DNA from: Raillietiella orientalis
Taxonomy: Eukaryota
Assembly (NCBI GenBank): GCA_036172245.1
Contig: JAYWIR010000029.1
Location: 1,798,001 to 1,862,000 of the forward strand
Length of the DNA: 64,000 nt
Direction: 5' to 3'
Shown here: in pieces, positions 10,989 to 23,545 of the stretch
How the letters are laid out: each line of letters starts with the position of its first letter
Numbering within the stretch: the first letter of the stretch is position 1
Notes under the pieces: model-generated
The model's input: only the letters and a program-made list of their open reading frames with translations
What the model was told of the DNA's origin: nothing
Database searches by the model: none
Position numbers and translations under genes: made by a program

Positions 10989-13789
10989 TTAATCTCCCGT
11001 CTCCACGTAGGTCAGGCGCTTGAAGTAGGTGACGCGCGCGAGCGGGCAGGAGACGTTGACGATGACCCGGTCCCCTTTGTACATGACCCCGGAGTTCTCG
11101 TCCCTCCAGAGGCCCTGGGGGAGGTAGACGTTTCTTCGGATCACGTGAGGCTCCAGCACGGGCGCGACCACCAGCTAACCGGAAATACAGATGGCACCAG
11201 GCTCCGCTGCCGCGTCCCTCCCCGAGGCGAATCCCTGCAGGCCTTACCTCGTCTCCGAGCATAAACTGGTCCGGGACCCCAACGTCTTCCCCCGAGGCAG
11301 TCAGCGATGCGCTCCGGCTGTGGCTCAAGGGACGCATCGGCGGCGCCTGCTGCTGCCCGCCCTGCTGCTGTAGCAGCTGCTTCCAGAGAGGCAGCACGAC
11401 GGTCTCTCGGAGGCGGCTCAGGTTGCTAAGGCACCGGAGGGAGGGCAGCGGCCCGTCAGATGGTGCCGCGGACTACGCGGTGAAGGTGGGAGGGAACATT
11501 AAGGGACGGCGAAGAGGAAGAGACGAGGAGCGGGAGCAAGGGGGAAGGGAGGGAGGGATATTACCGCGCGAATTCCATCGTCTCGTATCCGAAATCCTCC
11601 GGAAGCTGCAGGAACTGCATCACCGGGAAGAAGACCTGCATCTGGAACCAGCGGATGTAGAGCTCCGGGTCGGACTGAGCCTCCTGTTGGAGCGCCGGCC
11701 AGCCTCCGACGGGCCCAGGAAGGAATGCGCGGTAGCCTATTGCGCTGACCCCAAGCGCCGCGGGGATCACGGACTTCAGGTCGGTCCACGACGCCTTCCT
11801 AGGACGCAGACTGGCCAGCAGGGCGTGGTCCCCGGTCCCTCCGGAGAAGGAGCTGACCCCGAAGGGAGGTAGCATCGAGGAGACCGTCCTGCAGAGGGAA
11901 CTTGGCCATCATCGCTGCCGCCATCTGAGGGGCGGAGGGAGAGCGACGTCCCTCCTTCCTCCCCCTCCCTTTGCTCGCAGCGCGGCGACGAACGCTTACT
12001 TGATGAAAGCGTGAGTATGCTGGTCGCCGTCCTGGAAAGGCACGTGGGAGCGGCCGCAGCTCGGGAAGTGGACGCTGGAGCCCACGTTGAGGAAGACGCC
12101 ACCCAGCAGCCCTCTTTCCCTGAGGGCGCTCAGGAATTGCAACTTCCCGGCGAACCATGCGGAGGTGTTGGGGTTGGTGAAATCCAGCAAGGCGACTCCC
12201 GGCGAGGCTCCCGTCACAGTTGTGAGGGCAGGCGTCGTCCCCCGCGAAACGATGAGCAAGCCAAGGGAGACAGCGTCCTCGTAGCTGTCGGCGCTGGTGC
12301 TCAAGTACGGCCCGATCTCGAGGACAACCTCCAGGCCCAGGGAGGCCAGCCTCGTGAGCATCGCCTCCGGCTCCGGGAAGAGGTTCCGGTCAAAGGTCAG
12401 GTCTCCGAGGCGCGCCTGCCAGCGCTCGCCAATGACAATGACCCGCGGACGCACCACGCTGTCCTCGAAGTTCTTGGACACCGAGTCGAGCAGCGCGGCG
12501 GACGAGAACTCGATGTCCGGTCGGTAGGGCCGGAAATCCCATACGGGAGCGTCCAGGTACCGCGTGCCGTCCGTTGAGAGGACGCCGCCGTCGCCGCCGC
12601 CGCCGCTGCTGCCGTTTACTTGACCGTCCGCCCACGTAGCCGATAGCCCCCAGGTCTTCGCCGGACAACCGTCCGCGAGGCACACGCGGTACACGAGTTC
12701 GGCTGAGGACCCCGCGGACAGGTCCCCAGAGTCGCCGCCGCGACGCGCCTGCAGGCAAAGTTCCTTTCCCGGGAAGTAGGAAACGTGCAGATGGGATGAG
12801 CGCATGACCCTGACCCGCACCCCTTTCGAGGTCGTCCACAGAGGGGTTAGTATGTTGCCGAAGGGCAGGTTTCCTGTGAGAAAAGGCACGAAAGTTCCTC
12901 CCGTGTCCTCCACTTCTCCTCCTCCGTACAACCACTCGCCTTCCAGGATTACGCAGTCGGTCGGGAACACGTTGGGATGCAGGCCGACCCACTGCAGCAG
13001 GTAGCACCTTCCGCTTCCGGAGGAGACGGACAGGTTGAAGCTGGAAGAAGGGATGCAGGGGACCCCGATAGAAAGACGCAGCATTGGGGAAACGGGATGG
13101 AGAGAGGGGGGGGGGAAGTGGAAGGGAAGGACGAGACGGGACTCCCGGGCAATCCTCCCCTCACCGGATGTGCAGCCTCGCCGCGTCCTTCCACTCCAGG
13201 CAAAACCGATCCTCCCTGTTGTGGTGCCGCGGGAGGCAAGGATACGGCTTGGTCCGCGGGGGGAGAGTCCTGCCGAACCTCAGCTTCAGCAGCATGTCGC
13301 CGTCCGACGGACTGTGGAAGTGGAAGAACCGGGACGTTTCCTGGATGCGAATGCCTTCCAGCACTACCGTCTGGAGGAGGGAACGTGAAGGGGCAAGGGG
13401 GAGGAGGAGAGACGAGGGAAAGAGGGAGCGCTTGCCCCCGGGCAACGGCGTTCCCTCCCTCCCGTCCCCACCTGCAGTCTGGACTGGTGGACGTAGATGT
13501 AGATCAAGGAGATTCCGGACAGGATCGCGAAGAACAGCAGCGCGACAAACAGGTGCAGCCGCATCTCCTGGGGGTGCCTTCTCTTGGCGAAGCAGGGCAG
13601 GAAAATCTGCTGGAAAAAGCTCCCGTCTCTCCCGGAAAGCAAGAACGAGGATGGACGGGGAAAGGAAAGGTCGGTCTCTCCTTGCCTCAAACCAGCTCCT
13701 GAGGGTGTTCCTCGTGTTCCCACAACAGGAATGGTCTTCTGGGGTGTAGCTGACAAGATCGTGGAGAGGCAAGGACAGGTCGCCATCAT
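10989..13789 (-). CDS. MYORG: GH31 family MYORG/KIAA1161-like type II membrane glycosidase homolog, probably catalytically inactive; exons ~13789-13472, 13370-13165, 13040-12000, 11888-11565, 11425-11248, 11174-10989 (about 750 aa; true N-terminus uncertain)
   Basis: All five introns are GT-AG and preserve the frame. There is an N-terminal TM segment (LHLFVALLFFAILSGISLIYIYV). MYORG-type motifs: CLEWKDAARL, WLYGGGE, GDLTFDRNLFPEP, LLDFTNPNTSAWF, LKSVIPAALGVSAIGY..LPGPVGG, ELYIRWFQMQVFFPVMQF, DQFMLGDELVVAPVL, RNVYLPQGLWRD. The symbol marks the family, not proven orthology. Confidence 0.88.
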
Positions 13790-16486
13790 AGCAAGACGGC
13801 GCCCTCTTGGACGAGGGGGGCGCCACAAACACGGAGTCCTTGTGCCGGAGGGGCGTGAACGTCCTGAGGGAAGAAGCCGTCAGGAAAGGTGCCTCGGACG
13901 CCAGGCAAGGAGGAGAGGGGAGGGTAGGAGACGCTCTTGGCACCTGCGTGAGGGGGGTGGAGTTCTGGTCGCTGGAGGACTCCGAGAGTCAGGGAATATC
14001 CAGAGGGCGTCCCGTGAGGCTTTTCGGACGCGGGTCGTCCTTCCGGAATCCCTCGCGAGTACCCTCCGACAACCGGGAGGTCTTGCGGAGGGGTCCTCCA
14101 CCGTCAGGAGAAGAAAGGGGAACCAGCCGGCTGTTGGAGAGAGGCGCCCTGAGGCGAGGCCGGGATCCAACCGAAGTGAGAAAAAGGGGGAGGCAATTTC
14201 ATCATCGCGTGGGAGGGAACCCTCCTTAGCGGGAGGAAGCAAACGAGCAAATCCAGGAAGCACCAAGAAAATTCGAAAGCCTCTAGGCAGGATGGCCGCC
14301 GCAACCTGACCCCCGGGGAGGAAAAAAAGCGCAGTTGTCGGGCGGCGTCTCGTAGCAGCCAGCCGCCGCCGACCGCACCGCCTTCCAGGGACGAGCAGAG
14401 GGAACGCTCGCGTCTCCTCATCGCTTCCAGGTCAGAGTGACTCCGGGAGGGGCACCACCGACTTCCCGCATCTGGAGGAAGGCGGCGGTCCCTTCCGAAC
14501 CGAAAAGCCGCAGCAGGGAAGCGTCTCCAAGACACGGAGCAGGGGCAGAGGTGCCTTCCGCAATCCCGAGGCGGCCTTCCCACGGCGGAATGGGGATGCA
14601 GCAAAAGCACTCCCTCGACTGTCCTCGCTGCGTTGCGGCTGAGGGATGAGACCGTTCGTTCCCAATTCTGGGATCCGGACTCTCTTACGACAAGGAAGAA
14701 ACGAAGGGGATAGATGGATCGAGCTACAGCACCCTCAGCAGGCCGGCTGGAGAGAGGGGGGAATCTTCCGGAGAGAGCGACGTAGCGGATCTCTCTTCGA
14801 GCAACATCCTGGTCCTCGACGTTCCATGTAACACCCTGCGAAAGATCGAGTCAGAGGATGGATCCGCGCGCAGCTCCCCCCTTCCCTTGGGGAAACTGAG
14901 CCCAGGGGAATCAACGACGAGGGCTCACCCTGCCAAAAATGCCTGTTCTCTAAGGGCAGGGGGCAGCTCCACAACAGAGGTTCCCACAGGATGCTCCGCT
15001 CGCCGGCGACGGGTGCGGCGCAGCCCTGGAGGAGCGCCGTGCGTGCTTTTTTTTGTTTGTTTGTTTTTTCACTCTCCGTTTTGACAAAGAGGAGATGAGA
15101 CATTCTCTCAGCTGCTGAGACACAGTGAGAGAGTTTGAACTGTTACCAGGAAACGATGGACCATCCCGAAAACGCTTCGACCGGCGCTCCTGCTTGAAAC
15201 CGAGGAGCACAAGACGTTTCGGGCGGCTCGGAGGCCTGCCGTTCCTTCCGAGAGACCGTTCTCGTGACGGTGGGCGTTCCCGAGTGCGGAGTGGTTACTG
15301 GCCACCACCTACGTAAAGTAGGAGTCCACACGAGGAAGAAGAAGAAGAGCAGTCTCAAAAGCACAGAGCCCTTGCTGGCGGACAAGCCGCCTCTCCGGGA
15401 ACCTGAAGCACAGCCTTTCCCCTAAAGCAGCAGCAGCAGAAGCAGCTACGTCTCAAGGGCGCAGGATCACGCAGCAGGAGCAAAAGGCGGTGATCGTGTA
15501 CCTCGAAAAGGCTTGAGATGCAGGCGGAGGCGGAATCCGTCCAGGAAAACGGGAATTCGGGAGTGAAGGGGAGCGGAGAGGAACTCCAGCGACCTCCGTA
15601 GGAAGTCCGGTTCCCGAGCGAGACCAAAGAACGGGGGAAAGGGTGTCCGGGAATAAGGTGGCAAAATGCCTCCCGGCAACCCCGAAGAAATCAGCAGGGA
15701 TGCCGCTGCGTGGGTCGCTTGTGTCGATCCGTGCTGAAAGGGATGCAGTGGAATAGCGAACCTCGCCTACGGCTGCGCGGATGCTGTGCTGGAGGGCTCG
15801 CCCATCCTCTCGAGGCAAGTGCGATCCCCTGCTGGAGTCCACGAGGACTATGTGCGACACGCCTCACAGCCTGTCCCCTCTTCTCTCTCTGCCAGAGGGT
15901 GAGCGACGCGGACGCACGTGAGGTTTCTCCCACCGACATTTCCCGCGGGAACATTTTCACTCTTGAAAAGGGCCGCCGTCTCGTTCCGTGGGCAGAAAAG
16001 CGCCACGTGGAAACCGGAGTTCTTCCTCCCCTCACAATTCTCAAGCCAACGACGGGGCCGCGGCTTCGGATCTCCGCTGACCATTCGAGAGACCCGCCGA
16101 CCTCGCTTCTGCCGATCCTGGATGCCCCGAGGCAAAGCTCTGTGCAAACCGAGTGCCGGAAGAGACACACGCGTTCCCAGAGCAGCCAATGGAGCGCCGG
16201 TCCCCGGCTGCTCCGCTGACGCAACCGCCGGCGGGCAGCCGCCCAGCAAGCGTGGGGTGGTGGCAGCGGAGCTCAGGATCCGGGAAACGTGCTGGCCATC
16301 ACATTCCCGGGATCCTGCGCGCAATCCTGCGGGAACGCCACCATCGACGGCGACCTTCGCAGGCCTGTCGATCTCCTGAAATAAATTTCGGAAATTTCTC
16401 CCGCCCTTTCCCCTTCCCCTTACAGAGCACCCACTTTGAATAACACTATCGCACCCATAGGTGCTTCCCTGTAGCGCTACGCCACC

Positions 16487-17158
16487 CTAATCCCTCACGG
16501 GGGCGCCCGAGGTCGCGGACTCCTGGAAAGTCGATCCTCCGTCTCCTGGAGCGTTGGGAAGCTTCGGTGCTTCGCGGATCTTCTGTCCGTGGAGGTATCC
16601 AGCAGCAACCAGCAGGAGGACGTGCACCGCTATGTGACCTGGCGGGACCGCGCGGGGACCTCTTTCCCGTGTGTGTGCCCTTCGGAACGGGAACGACAGC
16701 AGGAACGGGGAAGGACTTGGGATGTGCGTCGTTCTGAGTCTCGATGGTCCACGAACTCTGGAGAGCGCTCTTTGCCCTCGTCCCGATACGTCATTCTCCT
16801 CTCCTTTCTTCCCGAAGTCCCTCGAGAAAAGCGGAGTCCCCGTCTTCGTGCGCTCTCCGTTTTCGGGTTTCGTCCGAGGTGAATCTCGGACGAAACTCTC
16901 TGCCCCATGTTCTTCCCTGAAGTCTGGCCACCGAGCGCACTCGCGAACGCTCTTCTCTGCGCCACATCTCCGATGTTCGCCCTCCCTGCTCGTCTCGCGA
17001 TGCTCATCCAGTAGCTGCTGCATCTCGAAGTCGGCGTCACCTGCTGCCGCGCACTGGGACCACCCGCGCAGTGGTTGCCGGGCGTTTGGCGTGGTCCCTG
17101 ATTTTCCCACGGTGGTTGTGGACTCCTTCACTTTCTTTCCCTCACTTCCTCTTCCCAT
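16487..17158 (-). CDS. Possible coding exon/ORF of unknown product (about 223 aa); may be an upstream exon of the GH31 gene
   Basis: ATG at 17158, charged protein-like composition, an EMQQLL dileucine-type motif, and phase-0 donor candidates. No family recognised. Confidence 0.25.
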   Translation of the reverse strand: MGRGSEGKKVKESTTTVGKSGTTPNARQPLRGWSQCAAAGDADFEMQQLLDEHRETSREGEHRRCGAEKSVRECARWPDFREEHGAESFVRDSPRTKPENGERTKTGTPLFSRDFGKKGEENDVSGRGQRALSRVRGPSRLRTTHIPSPSPFLLSFPFRRAHTRERGPRAVPPGHIAVHVLLLVAAGYLHGQKIREAPKLPNAPGDGGSTFQESATSGAPVRD

Positions 17159-20100
17159 TTCCAAGGGAAACCGATTCCATCTGCCCGCATCTTTTTCTCA
17201 AGCCTCTTCGAGATCCTTTCTCGGACTGCGCCACCTTCGAACCGTTGCGCAAACGCGGGCCTCTCCTGTGACCTGAAGACTCGGCGACGTGCTGACTGAA
17301 GAAGCACGGCGATGGGCGCTGACTCGGTGCAGCAGTGGGTCAAAAAGGCCAGCACAGGGTTGTGACTGCGGGACACGTTCATTGGGTTTGAGTGCATAGG
17401 GGACGGCTCAGGTCGCACGTTTCGATCCTCCACGGTGCAAGACTGAGGACCGACGTCCAGGATCAAAGGGTACGCAAGGCCTTAGGAACACGATGGCCCC
17501 GTGGAGGGATGGCCTAGCAGTGAAGATGGAGCTGTAGTCCCACGTCCGTGGGAGGGACCTCCCTAGCCGAGAGCTGAAATGGCCCTTCGTGCCGCCTCGT
17601 AAGCGACAATTTTCGGAGTCCATGTCTGCGCAGTCGATTGCGAGCGACTGGCATCCCTGCTTCTTCGTAGCCGTGGAAAAGGTTTCCCGATAAGGAAGAC
17701 TGGCAGCCTTCGGGAAGAGCACGGACGGATCTACTTCCGAGGATTTGAGAATCAGGGCATCTCCTTCCCGTTTCTCGTGAGATGAATTCTCCCCCAACCC
17801 TTTCTACGAATCCGGAAACCAATGGGACTCGCCCGCCCGAACGCAGAGGGGGAACTCCCTTCCAGAGAAAGCGTCGCATCGACTCACGTGGGAGTTGTCG
17901 AGGTGATCCACCACCTTTTGATCGCTTTTTGGATCTTTTCTCCGGAGGATGAGAAAGAGCAGCACTGGAATCTCGAGGGGGGAGGGGGAACAGGAAGGAC
18001 CACGGCTCTCCTCCCCGGTTTGTCCAGATAGCCTCGCATAAAGCCGCAGCAAAGGTGGTCCGTTCGCGATCCCGGGATGCTGCGCGCATTTACTGGCAGT
18101 CAATCGATGCAGAGTCCTCGTTTTCCCAGACGGTGGAGGAGGAACCCTGAGGAAGTTACGGACGATCGACACGCCATGGCCATGCCTCCGATACGTCTGG
18201 GAGCCGTGGGGAAAGCGCTGGACCGCTGGCGCCCCTGGCGACCGGAAACCGAAGCTTCTGATTCCTCCTTTACGTGGAAAGGAGGGGGGGGGTGACGAAA
18301 GGGAAAGTCCAGAGCTACGCTTCTGAAAAACGCTGCCAGACACCAGGAGTTTCGCATCCGCAGATGAAACCAAAAAGAAGCCAGAAAGAGAGAAAGGGGA
18401 TGAAGAAGGACGAAGAGGATTTTGATTTTTTTTTTAAAAAAAGGATTTTTTTTTTTATCTTCTCAAGAAGACCACCGAAAGGCCATGTCATCAGCGCTCG
18501 TTCCTGTGACATGCGCACTTTTAAAGGGGGGGGAGGAGGGGGGAGAAGAGACTCTCCTGTTAGGAGGTTCGGCACCCGAGGCCCCACCGGAGAAAAGGGT
18601 CTGCGTGCCCTTCCGAAACCACGGAGGAGCGGGCAGCGGCTTCGGTGCAAACACAGAATTCCGTGGCCGTGGGAGCCCAGGAGCATGCCAACCCTGTTTG
18701 CGCGTGGTGGATCGCACAGCGAGCGGGACAAAAGGAGGTGGAGGAGGAGTGTTCGTTCTCCTCCTCTCTCGCGGGGAGGCTGCGTGGCGTCCCCGTCCGA
18801 CAACGGTCAGCGGAAAACCTCGCTGATGCCTCCCTTCCGGCGCGCGTGGGCGAAAATGTGAGCGCGCACTGGCAGACCGGCACGCCTTGTCGCATTCACG
18901 CCCTCGGAACGTGTGTGAGCGCGCGCGCAGCACGCATTCCCCCCCCCCTCCCCTCCCCTCCCCCTCCCCATGCCCCTGGCAGGAAAACCCAGGCCTCCCG
19001 CCTGGACGAAGGTAACCGAACGAGCCGAAACGAAAAAAAAAAGAAAGAAATTGAAAGAGCAGCCCAGAGCAGGATGAGGCCACGTCCCCGCAAACACCAG
19101 GGAAAGGAAGATCCACGCCATTCGGCAGGATCCGTGGAGCCAGCGGCTCCCGCGACGGCGATCCGAGGTCGGAGGCGGACCGCGCGCCAAGTTTCGCGGG
19201 CGCCGCAGTTTTTCTTGAGGACCATGGGCTGGAAGAGCGCCTCCCGTCGGCAACCCGGAAGCCGTCGCCAGGCAGCAGATAGCGATCTCTTCCCCATATC
19301 CCACGTCCCGCGCCTGTTGGGATTGTGGGTGAAAAGAACGGTCCATCCCCGCGGAGGCAAACGGACAGACAGAGTCTTCCCGAAAGCGGCGGCGAGAAAC
19401 CGCAACTCTCTCGCTTCGTTCGCCTTTTCCTGCTGGGAGAAGGGGAAAACGTCTGTAATCGGAAACGGGGCAGTGGGCGAAGCTGCCCTGCGGCCGAAAC
19501 GCCGTCCCTGACCCCTATCCTTTCCTGTTGCTGCCAGGATCTCCCCAGGGATGGTGGTGTCGCGGCCCGTCTTGAGACTCCCCGAATCTAGGGCGCTTTC
19601 CTCTTGGATCGCAGTCTTTCCGACGGCCTCGTGCATCTTTTTTCCAAGATTCTTTTCCCGCAGCATCCATCATCGGACCGGAGGGAGGGTGACCCTTGGG
19701 AGGGTGGATTCGGGAAGCCGGAGGCTCCTCCCTGTCTCCTTGTGGCAGTGCATATCTTTGGCAGCAGCCTCCCTCGAGTTCCGCCGCTCCTCCGCGAGGG
19801 AAAGCCATGAACTCCAAGGAGGAGGAGGACGAGGCTGATCCAAGGTCGCCGCCGCGGGACTGGCGGCCGCCTCCGCTGTGACGTACCGAGTGGGATGAGC
19901 CCAGCTGCCTGGGAGAAGGGGAGGGGAGAGGGGTCGGAAAAAGGTCGCGGCAGTCATGCCAAACGGACAGGCCCTCCTCCCCTCCCCATCTGCCTGCCCT
20001 ATGCATCAGGGAAGAAAGGCGGGAGGCGAAGGGAAGGCACGTGTGAGTCCACCATTTCTTCAGGGAAGGGACAGTCGAAGGTGACCTTCCTGAGAGTGCT

Positions 20101-20399
20101 GCTGAGACGAGGAGGCCCCTTCCAAAGGAAGGCTTCCGAGACGAGGGCTGGGAGAGGCCTCGGGCCCCGAAAACTCTCGAGAGGGAGAGACGGAGGAGCG
20201 ATGGAGGGGTTGACGTCTCTTCCTCCCGCCCGTCGTCCGCCTCCGATCGACGCGTACCTCCTCGTCCCGGAAGGGAGGTAGCGGCGTCTCCGGTCTCGGG
20301 AGGGAAGGAGGAAGAGGAGGAGGAAGGCGCCCGACGGACGCGGCTGAGGCCCCCGATCTGGAGGAGAGGAATCGGGGGAAAGCGGTCGCGATGTGCCGC

Positions 20400-22300
20400 T
20401 CCCCTTGCCGCGAATGCCCCGGAAGGAACTCCCGCCGCCGCGTGGACTAATCCACCAGCTTCGCCAGGATGATGCCGACCTTCGCAGCGCGGGTCGGTTG
20501 GTCGGGAACGGCCTTGCCTATCCCTGCGCACGCATCACCCCCTCTCCTCCTTCCTTCCTGCCTTTCCTCCCCTTTCTCTCTTGCTCCCGGGCGCCTCCGG
20601 GAGGCGGTGCGACAGGCACGACGCGGGGAGGAAAAGGGAGGAGGGGGGGATCGACTCGCGGCGCGCTTCGCCCCTCGCGCGCGCTCCGGCGGGTGCGAAC
20701 GAATGATCGACGGGAGGAACTCACGTGACCAAGTCGTCGTCTTCCTCCTCCTCCTCCTCCTCCTCCTGGTTCTCCCTGGAAGACGGGTCTTCCGTCGCTC
20801 CGTCCGCGGGGCTCGGCTCCTGCGTCGAGTTCTAGGAGACGACGGCATGAGCGGGCATGAAGAACGGGGGAGGGAGAGGGCGTGCGCGCGCGCGGCGGGG
20901 ACGCACCAGCAAAAGGGAGCCGCCTCCCCCACCACCTTCCACATCGGAGTCCCTCTCTTCCTTCCTTACCGCTCTTCTTTATTTTTTTTTTTCCTCTCCT
21001 CTTTCCTTTTTTTCTTTTTTCTTCCTTTTTTTTTTTTTTTGCTAGCGTTTCCCGCGCGCAGAGCATTTGAGACTCACCATGCTGCTTGTCGACAATCTGA
21101 CCGGACGACCACGACCATCCCGCGGGCCGACGGCGACGACAGCACGCGGCGGCGGCGGACTTCGCTCGCTGGAGACGGCGATTATGCGACACGTCGCGCC
21201 CTCCCGCCCGCCGCACGCGCGTTGCGTGATTGGCATCTCGGAAGGAGGAAGGAGGGGGAGGAAGAGAGGAAACGTCCGCTCTCTCTCCCCCTCCCTCTCC
21301 CTCTCTCTCTCATCAGCACCCGCTCTCGCTGGAGCGCACCGAGCGAAACGACTGCCGCCGCGCGCCACCTGCTTTGTTTCCTACCTTCTGCACGCTCGCC
21401 GCGCGCCCTGCCGCCGCCTGACCGCTCATCTCCTCCGGCTGGAAGACGAAGCCTCCTCTTTACACCCACCCGCCCGCTCCCGGGAACTCTCCGGAGAAGG
21501 GAAAGGCGGCCCCCAGCGAAGGCGTGGACGCTCTCGCGAGGGAGGGAGGGAGGGAGGAGGAGGAGAAAGGAGAAAGGCGTGCTAGAGCCCCGACCGCTCC
21601 GCATCGCGGGCGGCGGGAAGGAAAGGGGAGGAGGAAAAGGTGGCGAACCCCGGACCCTCCTCCCGAAGTGGGGCCGGAAGGACCCGGGATGGAGTAGAGC
21701 GCTTTTCGCTCCGGGAGAAGAGTCGGCACGCGCGCGCGCGCGACCGAGCGGGCTCCGCAGGAACCAAGATGGCTGCCGAGATCTGCGGCGACCTCTCTCT
21801 CCTCCCTGCTCGAGAGGCGCTCGGCGGAGACGCCGCGGCTGCCTGCGGAACGTCCTGAGGCTCTTCGGCTGCTAAGGCCGGAGTTCGCGGCGAGTCGGGA
21901 GTGGGATAGCTCCCTCCTCTTCCTCCTCCTAGAGGGAAGAAGAAGGAGCAGGAACCCGGACAGCGTCCCCACCACTACTCCCGCCTCCGCCTTCTTGCCA
22001 AGTTCCGGGATGGGAGCGCTGCCCTCCGGGCCTCAGTGCGGACCGCTCTCTCCGGCGTGTCTCGCCGCGGCGTCGGACGATCAGACGCGCCATCTCTCCG
22101 CGCGGAGCGACGGAAGGAAAATCAGGAAGAGAAAATCCGCTCGCGGTTAGAAGGCAGGCGAGATCGCCTGGTCTTTTCTTCCTCTTCCTCCCGCTCACTC
22201 CCGCATTCTCCTTCTTCTGCGAATTTCCCTCTCCATCCTCTTTCTTCGTCCATGACCTCAGGAACCTCCGAGCTCACAAAGCGGCTGGCCGACGAGACCG
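20400..22300. promoter_or_regulatory. Very GC/CpG-rich, promoter-like segment
   Basis: Dense CpG, many GGA/CCT tracts, an alternating (CG)n run at 21726-21742, and a YY1-like CAAGATGGCTG at 21765-21775. No transcript evidence. Confidence 0.3.
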
Positions 22301-22869
22301 CCTAAGACCCTGGACCCACCTCCTTCCTCCGGGTCCAGAAACGATATCGTCCTCTCTCCTTCCCCTGCTCCCGGGTCCGCAAGACGCTGAGCTGAGGACT
22401 CTCACGCTGCTGCAAGCCACAGCTCCGTGCGGCGGGAGGCAAGCGCCTTCCCGAACTGCCTCAGGGGCGAGGTGGTCGGCTGGAGAACCCCGCATCTAGG
22501 GCGAGAAACGGAGGAGGGAGAGAAGGTTGGCTCGAAGAATCCCTTCGGGTGAGTCCTCCATCCCTGGCGGACTCTCGCTCGGACTTCCACAGGAACTTCG
22601 CCTCGGGGAGCATCAGTGGCTCGTTCCGCCGGGAGGAAAGCGCTAGCTCCGCCCTCGCCTGCGCGCGGCGGAGAGCGGAAAGCATCGAGCAAGATGTGTC
22701 GCTTGCACGGCGAGAATCCCAGTAGAGAAAAGAGATGGATGCCGAAGATCCCTTTACTTACGTGCCCGTTTACTTTTGATGATTTATTCATCGCCCCCTG
22801 TCCCGTGCCTACTCCTCTGCCATGGACCAAATCAAAGGCCTCACCAGAAGCTACCGGTCCGCGTCGGAG

Positions 22870-23545
22870 GTCGTCTGGTTGAAGACCCATCGCGCGTGGC
22901 ACCGAGCGTCGAATCCCCTCGGGGAGGATCGACTCCGAGAGATGGGGGTGCGTTGTGGGTTCGGGTTTCTCTCACAAGATGACGCTGGTTGGCTTGCATC
23001 CATTCTGGTGCGGGGCCGGTAGCGGTTCAAACCGGGTGCCCTCGATGAGTGGCCGGGACAATGGGAGTCGAGCTCCGGGTCCTTCCAGGAATCAAGGAGC
23101 GGGAATTCTCCTCCGGTTATGCGATGGAGAGGACTCCCCATTCCGGGAGTAGGTGTCGCCACCTCTCCAGAGAGTGAGGCAAAGAAGAGTGTCGCTCCCT
23201 TTAGGGAGCGCTCTTCTGGGAAATTTCGGAATCTTCCCTTTGGGGCTCTCTCTAGAAAAGCAAACAGGAGCGGTTCCTTTGCAGGTTCCCTCCGGAGGAG
23301 AAAAAATGAAGAGAACCCCTCCGGAGAGAACAAGGAAGGTGATTCCCTTCGAGGGTTCCCTCCCCACTCGTGAGAGGGACGGACAACAAGCCTTTCCTGG
23401 ATTCACATTGCGGTCCCATTTCCAAGAGTTGACACGCACCCTGGGGTGGCGTGGAACAGCGTCGAAGAGCTGCGTGAGCCGTCGCCAGAAGCGCGATGGT
23501 TCTCGAGGCACTCAGAGAACCTCCCCCAAAGGAGGAAAACCAGAA
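22870..23545 (-). mobile_element. Repeat H copy H1 (putative LINE 5'UTR/ORF1 region) with an empty target site at 23007-23020
   Basis: Shares collinear blocks with H3, H4 and H6: GAGTGGCCGGGA, GGAATCAAG, GGTTCCCTCCGGAG sub-repeats, CCTGGATTCA, AAGAGTT, GGTTCTCGAG. Confidence 0.7.
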
